A stretch of DNA of 64,000 nucleotides from Pseudomonadota bacterium (GCA_022571365.1 JACZXZ010000007.1:3366-67365), one strand, 5' to 3'; shown: positions 20,711-30,791, counted from the first letter of the stretch. The notes: generated by a model from the letters alone, not told the origin. Program-made: numbers and translations.

Positions 20711-21469
20711 CTAGACGCGGTAGACGTACTCCTTGCCCGGTTCGCGTTCGATGTCTGGTGGAAAGCTCTTGCGCTTGTCGGCGTGGTACCGGGCCGAGTG
20801 GTCGCCCTCCGACAGACGGTTGTAAGTGACGAAATAGAGGCGCCGGATCTTGTCGCTCATGTTGGGCTCCGAAGCGTGCGGCGCGTAGGAATCGAAGAAC
20901 GCCACGTCGCCCGGCTTGGTCGGGCAGGAAACGAACTCCATTCCTTCCATGTCCTCCTCGGTCAGCGGCTCCCACTCGCGGAACAGCCCCCGCTTGTGGT
21001 GCCCGGCCACCATCTTGAGGCACCCGTTTTCGACGGTCGCCTCGTCGATGCAGACCAAGACGCTGATGTAGTAACTGCCGTAATTCCACCAGCCGGCCTG
21101 GGAATCCTGATGCGGCTTGAAGCCGTCACCCCCGGGCATCTTGAAATTGATCTTCTCCTTGAACAGCACGGTCTCCTCGCCCAGAAGCTGACCCACCGGG
21201 GCTTTCAGCACCGTGCTCAGCTCGGCGAAACCCGAATGGAACGGCGAGATATTTTCAATGCGGTTAATCAGCTCCTTGCTGGGATCGAGCAGGCTTTGCT
21301 CGTGATAGACCCAATGCCTGCCGGGTTCCTCCGGGAGCGCGGCCAGTTCCCGTGTCCAGGCTTCGATCTTCTGCATTTCCGCCGCGTCAAACACAGCCCG
21401 AACGACGACGTATCCATCCCTGTGAAAATTGCTGATCTGCTGATCCGTAAGCACCAGCGTTGTTAGCAT
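20711..21469 (-). CDS. PhyH-family Fe(II)/2OG dioxygenase
   Basis: FHRDGYVVV, LFKEKINFKMPGGDGFKPHQD, NGCL, GDVAFFDSYAPHAS..N.SDKIRR. Confidence 0.88.
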   Translation of the reverse strand: MLTTLVLTDQQISNFHRDGYVVVRAVFDAAEMQKIEAWTRELAALPEEPGRHWVYHEQSLLDPSKELINRIENISPFHSGFAELSTVLKAPVGQLLGEETVLFKEKINFKMPGGDGFKPHQDSQAGWWNYGSYYISVLVCIDEATVENGCLKMVAGHHKRGLFREWEPLTEEDMEGMEFVSCPTKPGDVAFFDSYAPHASEPNMSDKIRRLYFVTYNRLSEGDHSARYHADKRKSFPPDIEREPGKEYVYRV

Positions 21470-21570
21470 CGGAGGCCTCCCTTCGTGGCACTCGACGGTT
21501 GGAAGAAACGGCTCTCGCGGGGGCGGTCGGCCATGATCGTGACCCCGCGCGAGTCAGACTGGCCCGAGCG

Positions 21571-21612
21571 ATGCTAACAGGCATTTCCCGTATGTCGTTT
21601 GATCTAGATCAA
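21571..21612 (-). promoter_or_regulatory. FNR/FixK class II-type promoter for the PhyH gene
   Basis: Perfect palindrome TTGAT-CTAG-ATCAA at 21599-21612; minus-strand TAGCAT (21576-21571) sits at the -10 distance expected for a site centred at -41.5. Confidence 0.75.
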
Positions 21613-21982
21613 TTTCCCGCTACCACGCCGGGGGATCGGCAACCGCGTGACGTGCTTTGTGTTACGCACCACCTCCGCCCATCGCCCCGCAGACGTGGTG
21701 GCGACTGGCTTCGAACGTTTTCCGCAGGGTCCCGGTGGTCTATCCGGCTCGCGGCCGGCTATTGCCGGTGACCGGTCGCCGGCCCAATACCAGCACCGAC
21801 CGGGAAGGGACGCTTCAGGGATTTCCTCGCTTCCTCCCTTTATGGGGGTTCTTTGATGATTGGGGCTCTTTGATGCCAAGATTATCGGCGTGCAACACGG
21901 CTATGAAGTATAATATTCATTCAATTAATTATGCACTTAGTAAGAGTTATACACTTAGTAATAATGTATCTAGAATTTAGAT

Positions 21983-22001
21983 GCTAATGATTATAATTAT
22001 C
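21983..22001. promoter_or_regulatory. Fur-box-like site upstream of the multiheme cytochrome
   Basis: GCTAATGATTATAATTATC matches GATAATGATAATCATTATC at 16/19; lies in an AT-rich tract. Confidence 0.6.
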
Positions 22002-22156
22002 ACTTCCAATCAAAGAATCACTCCGTAACTTTTTCGTGAAACCGACTCGTATCTGTTGCTGGCAACCTTGAGCCAACGTACTTTAGCTTTGTGTGGTTCT
22101 TTGGCATCTCTTTCCTCCGAGCCACGTCTATTTACTTATTTACTGCGGAGGTAAAC

Positions 22157-23371
22157 ATGAGGGGTCGCGCAGGCAAATGGGCGGCATTGACCGTAACCGG
22201 GCTGGCTGCCGTTGCCTTGGCCGTCCTCCTTGCCATCGGGTTTTCCCGGTTCTCCTCAGGGGGGGTGAGCGGGGCTTCCATGCCGAGCGACTACTGGCGT
22301 CTGCCGCTTGCGCCCCAGGGCGAGGCACCGGACCATTGGAGCGCGCCCGAGCGGTCTCTGGCGCCGGAGTCCTGCGCCGAGTGTCACGCAGACCAGTACG
22401 AGCAGTGGCGGACCTCGCTCCATGCCGGCGCCTTTTCACCAGGGTTGGTGGGACAGTTGCTCACCTACGACGCCGGCCAGATTTCAGGCTGTATGCAATG
22501 CCACGCGCCCCTCGCCGAACAACCGCGGGATTTTAAGGCCGCGCGCGAGAAGGGAGTCGCTCACCTCGCCACGGGTCAAGGGCTGGCCGCCGCAGGTGTG
22601 GCCTGCGGGGCCTGCCACTTGCGCGGCCACCGCCGCTTTGGCCCGCCCCAGCGAGACACCGGCGCGACCGGCCAGAGTGATACCGACGCCCCGCATGGGG
22701 GAGTGTACCGGGCGGCGTGGTTCGAGGAATCCGAATTCTGCGCCGCCTGTCACCAATTTCCGCAGGACTACGCGGTCAACGGCAAGCCACTGGAGAACAC
22801 TGTCGTCGAGTGGCAAGAGAGTCCTTTCGCCGCCGAGGGGGTCACCTGCCAGACCTGTCACATGCCTGATCGCAGGCATCTGTGGCGCGGCATCCACGAT
22901 CCCGATATGGTCGCCAAGGGGCTCACGGCCCGGTTTTCCGCCACCGCCGAAGGCGCCCGCTTCACCCTGACCAACAGCGGTGTTGGGCACGCCTTTCCCA
23001 CCTACGTCACGCCCCGGGTGGAGATGCGCGCGGTGGCGTTGGATGACGCGGGACGGCCGGTGCCGGCCACTGCCGCCCGCCACGTTATCCAGCGCATCGT
23101 CTCCTCCACGGCCCGAGGATGGATCGAGCTCGCCGACAGCCGCCTTCTGCCTGGTGAGGAGGCGAGCCTCTTCCTGCCTTGGCAAGGCTACGCCAAGGCG
23201 CGGCTGTGGTTGGAAGTCAAGCCCGACGACTACTATGACAATCAGGTCTACGATGTTTTGTTGGCCGGGTTGGCGCCGGATTCCCCCTCGGCTATCCTGA
23301 TTGCCCGCGCCGATCGCATCGCGCGGGCCAGCAGCTACCGTCTGTTCGTCACCGAGATCGAGAGACCCTAG
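22157..23371 (+). CDS. membrane-anchored/exported pentaheme cytochrome c
   Basis: GGAGG RBS; N-terminal hydrophobic segment; five CxxCH motifs (CAECH, CMQCH, CGACH, CAACH, CQTCH); C-terminal GHAFPT beta-rich region. Confidence 0.9.
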   Translation: MRGRAGKWAALTVTGLAAVALAVLLAIGFSRFSSGGVSGASMPSDYWRLPLAPQGEAPDHWSAPERSLAPESCAECHADQYEQWRTSLHAGAFSPGLVGQLLTYDAGQISGCMQCHAPLAEQPRDFKAAREKGVAHLATGQGLAAAGVACGACHLRGHRRFGPPQRDTGATGQSDTDAPHGGVYRAAWFEESEFCAACHQFPQDYAVNGKPLENTVVEWQESPFAAEGVTCQTCHMPDRRHLWRGIHDPDMVAKGLTARFSATAEGARFTLTNSGVGHAFPTYVTPRVEMRAVALDDAGRPVPATAARHVIQRIVSSTARGWIELADSRLLPGEEASLFLPWQGYAKARLWLEVKPDDYYDNQVYDVLLAGLAPDSPSAILIARADRIARASSYRLFVTEIERP

Positions 23372-23553
23372 ACCGCCGCGCACGGCCGAAGTGGTGAACG
23401 CGCCGGAGCAATCTCAGCCGCCACAACGCTGGCAGAGCGCAGGGCTGCGCTCCTCGGCCGCTCCGCCAGGCGCGGAAGGGCAGCGGGAAACCCGACTTGG
23501 CCGGGCACGGTCCGGGCGTGATACGGACCGCTGAGCCGGCCAAGGGCCATTCT

Positions 23554-24612
23554 TTATGGCCTCAGATGTAGCAGTCCCCGTCGATCGGCCCGGACAAGGA
23601 TGACCAGCGCGTAGCCGCACTGAAACAGGAGAAATGGCGCGAAGGCGAGCGCCCGGCGGTCGGGTGGAAGGTGGATGAGCCACAGCGCGCCAAGCCCCTG
23701 GAGGATCGCGATCAGGTAGTGATAGAGGCTGACCTGCACGTGGCTCAATCCCAGTCGGTTGGCGAGCTGATAGAGGTGGGAGCGGTGGGCCGCCGCGATC
23801 TTTTCGCGATGGATCAGACGACGGAGAAAGGTGAGGGTGGTGTCATAGATAAAGTGAAAAAACAGCAATGGCATCACCAGGAAGGACGTATGAGCGCTCT
23901 CGTATTGTGACGCGATAACCGCGAGGACTGCGAAAACAAACCCCAGAAACTGGCTTCCAACATCGCTCATAAAGACTCTTGCCTGGGGAAAATTAAAAAT
24001 CAGGAAACCTAGAGTGCTGAACAATATTATGAAGCACAGTGCGGCGACGAATGCGTTTCCATCCAGGAATGTAACAATGCCAAAAAACAACGCGACGATG
24101 ACCGCCGTGCCACCCGCGAGCCCGTTCAGCCCGTCCATGAAATTGAAGGCGTTGGTCAGCCCGATGATCCAGAGCGCGGTCAAGGGGTAGCCGAACCACC
24201 CCAGGGCCAGAGTGCCGAAATACGGGAACGAGAGAGTCTCGAGGACAAGGCCTGAGGCAAGAATCACGGCCGTGGCCAGAATCTGAGAGGCCAGTTTGAC
24301 GGCAAAGCTGAATTTGCGGATGTCGTCGACCAGGGACACCGCGGCGATCGCCAGGGCCGCCAAGGCGAACCCAGCCATGTAGGGTTCCGGGATGCGGGCC
24401 GCGCCGCCAAACCCGTACAGGGCGGCGTAGCCCAAGAAGAAGCTCACAACAATCGCCACCCCGCCACCCTTGGCCACCGGCTGGTCGTGCGACGACCGGT
24501 GGGTTGGCAGATCCATGATCTTCCAGTGCGTCATGATCCAAGTCGCAAAGGCGGAGATCGCAAACAAAGCTAAGGAAAACGGTATGTATATAAATAGGTT
24601 ATAAGTATTCAT
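23554..24612 (-). CDS. WecA/MraY-like polyprenyl-phosphate N-acetylhexosamine-1-phosphate transferase
   Basis: DLPTHRSSH...GGG, LVDD, NAFNFMDGLNGL, FNFPQARVFMSDVGS, HRSHLYQ; multiple TM segments. Confidence 0.9.
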   Translation of the reverse strand: MNTYNLFIYIPFSLALFAISAFATWIMTHWKIMDLPTHRSSHDQPVAKGGGVAIVVSFFLGYAALYGFGGAARIPEPYMAGFALAALAIAAVSLVDDIRKFSFAVKLASQILATAVILASGLVLETLSFPYFGTLALGWFGYPLTALWIIGLTNAFNFMDGLNGLAGGTAVIVALFFGIVTFLDGNAFVAALCFIILFSTLGFLIFNFPQARVFMSDVGSQFLGFVFAVLAVIASQYESAHTSFLVMPLLFFHFIYDTTLTFLRRLIHREKIAAAHRSHLYQLANRLGLSHVQVSLYHYLIAILQGLGALWLIHLPPDRRALAFAPFLLFQCGYALVILVRADRRGLLHLRP

Positions 24613-24762
24613 ATTAAGTTCTCGTACGCGAACTTGGATGGTCTGGCCGCGCTCGATATTAGCCCTTTGATGGTGCCGATCCAACACCCGCTCGGCTTCG
24701 AGGCTGCGGGGCGCGGCCGCGTCGTCCCTCTCTCCGGCGGATCGGGCGCGGGGGCAGGGGCC

Positions 24763-24853
24763 GCCGTCACCCGCCGTCACCCGCCGCGCGCAAGTTCATG
24801 CCGTCACCCGCCGCGCGCGAGTTCATGCCGTCACCCGCCGCGCGCAAGCTCAT
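24763..24853 (-). repeat. 27-bp tandem triplication of the rlmB 3' end including the stop codon
   Basis: GCCGTCACCCGCCGCGCGCRAGYTCAT x3 at 24773-24853 plus a 10-bp partial copy. Confidence 0.9.
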
Positions 24854-25631
24854 AGAGAGCCACGGCCGCGGTGTTGGCGACGTTGAGACTGGCGAAGGCG
24901 TCGGCGGTGGGCACCCGCACCAGGAGATCACAGGATTCGCGCGTGAGCCGCCTCAAGCCTTTGCCCTCCGCGCCCAGGACCAGCGCGATCTTGCCCGAGA
25001 GCCGCGCCCCGGCCAGGGTTTCCGCGGCTTGGGCGTCGAGGCCCACGCACCAGAACCCGGCCCCCTTAAGCGTGTGGAGCGCCCGGGCCAGGTTCGTGGC
25101 GCGTACCAGCGGCACGGTTTCAAGCGCGCCCGAGGCGGCCTTGGCCAGCGCCCCCGTGGGCTTGGGCGAACGACGGTCGGGAACGATCACCGCGCAGGCG
25201 CCGAAGGCCGCGGCCGAGCGCAGCACCGCCCCGACATTCCGCGGGTCGGTTACCTGGTCGAGGACGATCATCACCGCCCCGGCCAGATCGGCTGCGGCGC
25301 GGCAGACGGCCTCGAGCCCCGTGCCGGGCAGGGGCTCGACCTCGAGGGCGATGCCCTGATGCACTGCGCCCGGCGGGAGGACCCGATCGATGCGGTCGCG
25401 CGGGACCACTTCGGTCGCGGGCAAAACGCTGTCGCCTCGGGCCGTTCCGGCAAGCGAGCGTCGAATTTCGCGCCCGGCCTCGGCCGTGACCAGCAAGCGA
25501 TGCCAGCGCCGCTCGGGATTGGCGAGCGCGGCGGTCACGGCATGAACGCCATAGAGCCAGAGCCGGCCGAACCCCGGGCCGCGGCCGTGGCGATCCGCCC
25601 GGTCGGTGAGCGAGGGCTTGCGCTTTCCCAT
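24831..25631 (-). CDS. rlmB: 23S rRNA 2'-O-methyltransferase RlmB (SpoU family)
   Basis: LYGVHAV, HQGIA, LDQVTDPRNVGAVLRSA, GAEGKGLR, SLNVA. Confidence 0.92.
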   Translation of the reverse strand: MGKRKPSLTDRADRHGRGPGFGRLWLYGVHAVTAALANPERRWHRLLVTAEAGREIRRSLAGTARGDSVLPATEVVPRDRIDRVLPPGAVHQGIALEVEPLPGTGLEAVCRAAADLAGAVMIVLDQVTDPRNVGAVLRSAAAFGACAVIVPDRRSPKPTGALAKAASGALETVPLVRATNLARALHTLKGAGFWCVGLDAQAAETLAGARLSGKIALVLGAEGKGLRRLTRESCDLLVRVPTADAFASLNVANTAAVALYELARGG

Positions 25632-25734
25632 GATCGAGCTTATTATTTTGCGCGGATGAGAGCTGAAAGTCACTATCCCGGTGTCGTTGAGCGACGGGGC
25701 GGACACTAGGGGGGTGGTTTTTTTGCCTTCCAGA

Positions 25735-25762
25735 TTGACAACCAACGGTAAAACTTCATAGT
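25735..25762 (+). promoter_or_regulatory. sigma70 promoter for tRNA-Tyr/Gly-tuf
   Basis: TTGACA-16 bp-CATAGT followed by a GC-rich discriminator. Confidence 0.6.
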
Positions 25763-25797
25763 GCCGACGCCTGCTGCTGCGGCTTGCCTGAAATCGC

Positions 25798-25883
25798 GGA
25801 GGGGTGCCCGAGCGGCCAAAGGGAGCAGACTGTAAATCTGCCGGCGTACGCCTACGTAGGTTCGAATCCTACCCCCTCCACCA
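25798..25883 (+). tRNA. tRNA-Tyr(GTA)
   Basis: GGAGGGG/CCCCTCC acceptor stem, CTGTAAA anticodon loop, long variable arm, GGTTCGAATCC, encoded CCA. Confidence 0.97.
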
Positions 25884-25919
25884 CGGCTCGAGGGGGCAGC
25901 GTAGAAGGGTCTGAGAGGT

Positions 25920-25990
<71 letters not shown>

Positions 25991-26072
25991 CCGGCGTTGA
26001 TGCGAGCGAACAACAAGATACCGTCATTGGCCACAGAGCTGTCATTGGCTCCAGACGGGGAAAGCTAAAGCG

Positions 26073-27266
26073 ATGGCGAAGAAAGCGAAATTTGAGCGGA
26101 CGAAGCCGCACTGCAATGTTGGGACGATAGGCCATGTAGATCATGGCAAGACGACGTTGACGTCGGCGATTACGAAGCTGTTGGCGGCGACGGGTGGGGC
26201 TGAGTTCATCCCGTTTGGGGAGATTGACAAGGCGCCGGAGGAGAAGGCTCGGGGGATCACGATTGCCACGGCGCATGTGGAATACGAGACCGAGCGGCGG
26301 CATTACGCCCATGTGGACTGTCCGGGTCACGCCGATTATGTGAAGAACATGATCACGGGGGCGGCGCAGATGGACGGGGCGGTTTTGGTGGTTTCGGCGG
26401 CGGACGGTCCGATGCCGCAGACCCGGGAGCACATTCTGTTGGCGCGCCAGGTGGGGGTTCCGGCGATTGTTGTTTATCTGAACAAGGTGGACACGGTTGA
26501 CGACCCGGAGCTGTTGGAATTGGTTGAGCTTGAGATCCGGGAGCTGCTCACCTCCTATGATTTTCCGGGGGACGATATACCGGTTGTGAAGGGCTCGGCG
26601 CTGGCGGCGTTGGAAGGTGGGGACAAGACTCTGGGCGAGGACTCGGTGGTGGCGTTGTTGGCGGCGATTGACGACTACATTCCCCAGCCGGACCGTGCGA
26701 AGGACCGGCCGTTTTTGATGCCGATTGAGGATGTGTTCTCGATCTCGGGCCGGGGCACGGTTGTGACCGGCCGGATCGAGCGCGGGGTTGTGAAGGTTGG
26801 CGACGAGGTTGAGATTATCGGCATCCGGGAGACCCAGAAGACGATCTGTACCGGGGTGGAGATGTTCCGCAAGCTTCTCGACCGGGGGGAGGCGGGGGAC
26901 AATGTTGGCTGTCTTCTCCGGGGCGTGGGCCGGGACGAGGTGGAGCGGGGCCAGGTGTTGGCGGCGCCGGGGTCGATCACGCCGCACACCAAGTTCACGT
27001 GCGAGGCCTATATTCTGACCAAGGAGGAGGGCGGGCGGCACACGCCGTTTTTCACCAACTACCGGCCCCAGTTCTACTTCCGCACCACGGACGTGACCGG
27101 GCGGGTTGCCCTGCCGGAGGGGACGGAGATGGTGATGCCGGGGGACAACGTGTCGATGGAGGTTGAGCTGATCGCCCCGATTGCGATGGACGAAGGGCTC
27201 CGCTTCGCGATCCGCGAGGGCGGGCGCACGGTCGGGGCCGGCGTCGTCGCCTCCATCATCGAGTAG
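26073..27266 (+). CDS. tuf: elongation factor Tu (copy 1)
   Basis: [28 protein letters not shown]. Confidence 0.99.
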   Translation: MAKKAKFERTKPHCNVGTIGHVDHGKTTLTSAITKLLAATGGAEFIPFGEIDKAPEEKARGITIATAHVEYETERRHYAHVDCPGHADYVKNMITGAAQMDGAVLVVSAADGPMPQTREHILLARQVGVPAIVVYLNKVDTVDDPELLELVELEIRELLTSYDFPGDDIPVVKGSALAALEGGDKTLGEDSVVALLAAIDDYIPQPDRAKDRPFLMPIEDVFSISGRGTVVTGRIERGVVKVGDEVEIIGIRETQKTICTGVEMFRKLLDRGEAGDNVGCLLRGVGRDEVERGQVLAAPGSITPHTKFTCEAYILTKEEGGRHTPFFTNYRPQFYFRTTDVTGRVALPEGTEMVMPGDNVSMEVELIAPIAMDEGLRFAIREGGRTVGAGVVASIIE

Positions 27267-27425
27267 AACCTCGAATAGCGGGAAAAGGTTAAAAGGTTAA
27301 AGGGCGAGATTTCCCCCGAGGTGCGTGGCGGCTGAACAAATGGAATCGGGTCGGATGCCCGGGCATGAAGCGTCGGGGTCAAGCGCTCTGGCACGACCGC
27401 CGGAGCCGGTTTGGGTTGACGCGCT

Positions 27426-27501
27426 AGGAGTGTAGCTCAACGGGTAGAGCACCGGTCTCCAAAACCGGGGGTTGTAGGTTCGAGTCCTGCCACTCCTGCC
27501 A
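27426..27501 (+). tRNA. tRNA-Trp(CCA)
   Basis: AGGAGTG/CACTCCT stem, CTCCAAA loop, GGTTCGAGTCC, encoded CCA; precedes secE. Confidence 0.97.
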
Positions 27502-27554
27502 GCTTGAGACCCGGTCGGGGACAGCAAAGATTGAAGGTGATCGGAACGGACGCT

Positions 27555-27752
27555 ATGGCGAAGACCAGTCCTGGTGAGTTCATCCAGCAGGTGCGACAGG
27601 AGGTTGCCAAGGTGACTTGGCCGAGTCGCAAGGAGACTATGATCACGACGGGAATGGTGTTCCTGATGGTCGTGCTCATCGCCCTGTTCTTCTTCTTCGT
27701 CGACCAAATCCTGTCTTTCGGCGTGCGCGTCATTCTGGGATTTGGAGGCTGA
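27555..27752 (+). CDS. secE: preprotein translocase SecE
   Basis: [17 protein letters not shown] plus one TM helix. Confidence 0.95.
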   Translation: MAKTSPGEFIQQVRQEVAKVTWPSRKETMITTGMVFLMVVLIALFFFFVDQILSFGVRVILGFGG

Positions 27753-27757
27753 GATCC

Positions 27758-28288
27758 ATGGGCTTCCGGTGGTACGTGATTCACGTTTATTCGGGATTTG
27801 AGAAGAGGGTGGCCCAGTCGATTGGCGAGCAGGCGAGCCAGAAGGGCATGGGCCATATGTTCGAGGAGATCCTGGTGCCGGTCGAGGAAGTCGTTCAAAT
27901 GCGCCGCGGCACCAAGGTGAGCGCCGAGCGCAAGTTTTTCCCCGGCTATGTCTTGATTAAAATGGAGCTGGCCGACGACACCTGGCATCTGGTCAAGAAC
28001 ACGCCGAAGGTGACGGGTTTCCTCGGCGGCCGCGGCCGGCCGTCGCCGATCAGTGCGGCTGAAGCCGACCGCATCATGCATCAGATTCAGGAGGGGATCG
28101 AACGGCCGAAGCCCTCGGTCACCTTCGAGATAGGCGAGCAGGTCAGGGTCTGCGACGGGCCCTTCAACTCGTTCAACGGCTTGGTCGAGGATGTCGACGA
28201 GGAAAAGGCGCGGCTCAAGGTCGCGGTATCCATCTTTGGCCGCTCGACGCCGGTGGATCTGGAGTACTCCCAGGTTGAGAAGCTCTAG
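27758..28288 (+). CDS. nusG: transcription factor NusG
   Basis: [21 protein letters not shown] motif [14 protein letters not shown]. Confidence 0.97.
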   Translation: MGFRWYVIHVYSGFEKRVAQSIGEQASQKGMGHMFEEILVPVEEVVQMRRGTKVSAERKFFPGYVLIKMELADDTWHLVKNTPKVTGFLGGRGRPSPISAAEADRIMHQIQEGIERPKPSVTFEIGEQVRVCDGPFNSFNGLVEDVDEEKARLKVAVSIFGRSTPVDLEYSQVEKL

Positions 28289-28370
28289 GCGTCGGCGCCC
28301 TTGCGCCCGCCGCGCGGGCCGGCCGGCGACGCGCCAGGCCCGGCTTCCCCGGATTAAATGACGAAGGCAA

Positions 28371-28799
28371 ATGGCGAAGAAGATCGAGGGCTACATCAAG
28401 TTGGAGATCCCGGCGGGTCAGGCGAACCCGGCGCCGCCGATCGGTCCCGCTCTGGGCCAACGCGGGATCAACATCATGGAATTCTGCAAGGCATTCAACG
28501 CCGCCAGCCAGAACATGGAACCGGGCGTGCCGATCCCGACCCTGGTCACGGTCTATGTCGACCGCAGCTTCAGCTTCGTCACCAAGTCGCCGCTGGCGAG
28601 CTATTTTCTCAAGCGCGCCGCTGGCGTCGAAAAGGGCGCCCAGACGCCCGGCAAGGACCCCGTGGGCCAGGTCACTATGGCGCAGATTCGCGAGATTGCC
28701 GGGCACAAGATGAAGGACCTCAACGCCAATGACATCGACGCCGCGTGCCGCATTCTGGTGGGATCGGCCCGCTCGATCGGTCTCGAGGTGGTGGGGTAG
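28371..28799 (+). CDS. rplK: 50S protein L11
   Basis: [26 protein letters not shown]. Confidence 0.98.
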   Translation: MAKKIEGYIKLEIPAGQANPAPPIGPALGQRGINIMEFCKAFNAASQNMEPGVPIPTLVTVYVDRSFSFVTKSPLASYFLKRAAGVEKGAQTPGKDPVGQVTMAQIREIAGHKMKDLNANDIDAACRILVGSARSIGLEVVG

Positions 28800-28803
28800 G
28801 GCG

Positions 28804-29517
28804 ATGGCGGGCAGAGGAAAGCGCCTGACCGACGCCTATGACGGTCTCGATCGCAGCGCTTCGTACGATGTCTCCGAGGCCGTCAAGCTACTCAAGGCCC
28901 GGGCGACCGCGAAGTTCGACGAGACCGTCGAAATCTCCATAAACCTGGGCCTCGACACGCGCCACTCCGACCAGCAGCTGCGCGGCATGGTGATGCTGCC
29001 GAATGGCACCGGCAAGACCGTGCGCGTCGCTGTGTTCGCCAAGGGCGACAAGGCGAAGGAGGCGCGGGATGCGGGCGCCGATGTGGTTGGCGCCGAGGAC
29101 CTGGCCGAGAAGGTGCAAAAAAACGAGATCGATTTCGACCGCTGCATCGCCACGCCCGACATGATGGCGATCGTCGGCCGCCTCGGGAGGATTCTGGGGC
29201 CCCGCGGCCTGATGCCGAATCCCAAGCTCGGCACGGTGACCGCGGACGTGGCCGAAGCGGTGGCGTTGGCCAAGCGCGGCCAGGTCCAGTTCCGCGCCGA
29301 GAAGGCGGGCCTCGTTCATGCCGGAATCGGCAAGGCGAGCTTCAGCCACGAGGCCCTGGTCGAGAACGTGAGGGCGTTCGTCGCCGAGATCCTCCGGGCC
29401 AAGCCGAGCGGCGTCAAGGGAACCTACGTCAAGAAGATCTCTTTAAGCTCGACCATAGGCCCGGGGTTGAAACTGGATGTTGCCGGCCTGACGGGTGCGC
29501 AGTCCCAGGCTGGCTGA
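28804..29517 (+). CDS. rplA: 50S protein L1
   Basis: [23 protein letters not shown]. Confidence 0.98.
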   Translation: MAGRGKRLTDAYDGLDRSASYDVSEAVKLLKARATAKFDETVEISINLGLDTRHSDQQLRGMVMLPNGTGKTVRVAVFAKGDKAKEARDAGADVVGAEDLAEKVQKNEIDFDRCIATPDMMAIVGRLGRILGPRGLMPNPKLGTVTADVAEAVALAKRGQVQFRAEKAGLVHAGIGKASFSHEALVENVRAFVAEILRAKPSGVKGTYVKKISLSSTIGPGLKLDVAGLTGAQSQAG

Positions 29518-29589
29518 TAGGAAATCCGCCGTCGGGAACGCCGATCCGGTGGCGGCTTGTGGGGGTGGGGCCGAAGGCCCAAGCCCTCA

Positions 29590-29665
29590 CCTGTCCAGGA
29601 CTGCAGGTGCCCCCGCCGCAATGCCGCGGGGGCTTAAAGGGTGTTCCGCCTGCATGAGACGGGAG
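29590..29665 (+). promoter_or_regulatory. putative L10 leader (rplJL autoregulatory RNA)
   Basis: GTCCAGGACTGCAGG...TTAAA...CCTGCATGAGACGG pairing pattern in the rplA-rplJ spacer. Confidence 0.6.
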
Positions 29666-29839
29666 TTTGAACTGCTTCCGCGGCTTGGTGTTGAAGGCGC
29701 GGGAGCCGGCTTGAGCTTCTGGAATAAGCGAGGTGGGCCCTTGAGGCGTGAGCGAATGGAAGACCGTCGCTTGAGGGTCCTTGTGCGCCGGGGCCGGAGG
29801 GTCCTTGAACAATCCGGCCCCGCGGATCGGAGATCATAA

Positions 29840-30358
29840 GTGGATCGATCGCAAAAGGAAAAGCTAGTCGTCGCTATGCGTCGGATCTTTGAGGACACCG
29901 TCCTGGTGGTTGTCACCCACCAGGTGGGGCTCACGGTTGCTGAGATCACCGATCTCAGGCGACGGATGGACACGGCGGGAGCTGGCTTCAGGGTCACCAA
30001 GAATCGGCTCGCGCGTCTCGCCTTGAAGGATACCCGGTTCCAGGCGCTTTCCCCCTTGTTCTCGGGGCCGACGGCTATTGCCTATTCCGAGGATCCAGTG
30101 GCGGCGGCGAAAGTGGCCGTCGAGTTCGCCCGCGACAACGATAAGCTGACCATCATCGGCGGCGGCCTCGGCGAACGGGTGCTCGACGTCGTGGGCGTCA
30201 GGGCCCTCGCCGAGCTGCTGTCGCTCGACGAGTTAAGGGCAAAGCTGATCGGGCTCATTCAGTCACCGGCGACGGGCCTCGCCGGTGTCCTTCAAGCCCC
30301 GGCAGGCGAACTCACCCGGGTGACCAGCGCCTACGCGTCCAAAGATAAGGCGGCGTAG
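29840..30358 (+). CDS. rplJ: 50S protein L10
   Basis: [24 protein letters not shown]; synteny. Confidence 0.96.
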   Translation: MDRSQKEKLVVAMRRIFEDTVLVVVTHQVGLTVAEITDLRRRMDTAGAGFRVTKNRLARLALKDTRFQALSPLFSGPTAIAYSEDPVAAAKVAVEFARDNDKLTIIGGGLGERVLDVVGVRALAELLSLDELRAKLIGLIQSPATGLAGVLQAPAGELTRVTSAYASKDKAA

Positions 30359-30401
30359 GGCCGTTTGCGATCCCAAAAGCTCAGGCCGAGGAGTAGAAAA
30401 T

Positions 30402-30791
30402 ATGGCGAATTTGGAAAAAATTGTTGACCAGCTTTCGGACCTGACCGTCCTCGAGGCGGCCGAGCTCAGCAAGATGCTTGAGGAGAAGTGGGGTGTTTCC
30501 GCCGCCGCACCGGCCGCGGTGGCCGCCGCGGCCCCTGGCGCGGCCGGGGCGGAAGCCGCCGCCGAAGCCGCCGAGGAGAAAACCGAATTCACGGTCGTCC
30601 TCACGGCTTTCGGTGACAAGAAGATCAACGTGATCAAGGAGGTTCGCGCCATCACCGCCCTCGGCCTCAAGGAGGCCAAGGATCTGGTCGAAGCGGCACC
30701 CAAGCCGGTGAAGGAAGGGGTCAGCAAGGAGGAATCCGACAAGATCAAGCAGCAGCTTGAAGAAGCCGGTGCGACGGTCGAGATCACCTGA
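30402..30791 (+). CDS. rplL: 50S protein L7/L12
   Basis: [38 protein letters not shown]. Confidence 0.98.
   Translation: MANLEKIVDQLSDLTVLEAAELSKMLEEKWGVSAAAPAAVAAAAPGAAGAEAAAEAAEEKTEFTVVLTAFGDKKINVIKEVRAITALGLKEAKDLVEAAPKPVKEGVSKEESDKIKQQLEEAGATVEIT

Noticed and set aside
21760-21790. CCGGTGACCGGTCG shared with about 5791-5804
   Set aside because: A 14-bp GC-rich near-palindrome could recur by chance; no extended similarity.
19889-24612. Calling the lower-GC block a defined genomic island or prophage
   Set aside because: No integrase, transposase, phage gene or att duplication of the nearby tRNAs was found; only the composition suggests acquisition.
27283-27301. TTAA...TTAA after tuf as a CtrA site
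   Set aside because: Spacing is N4, not the N7 of TTAA-N7-TTAA.
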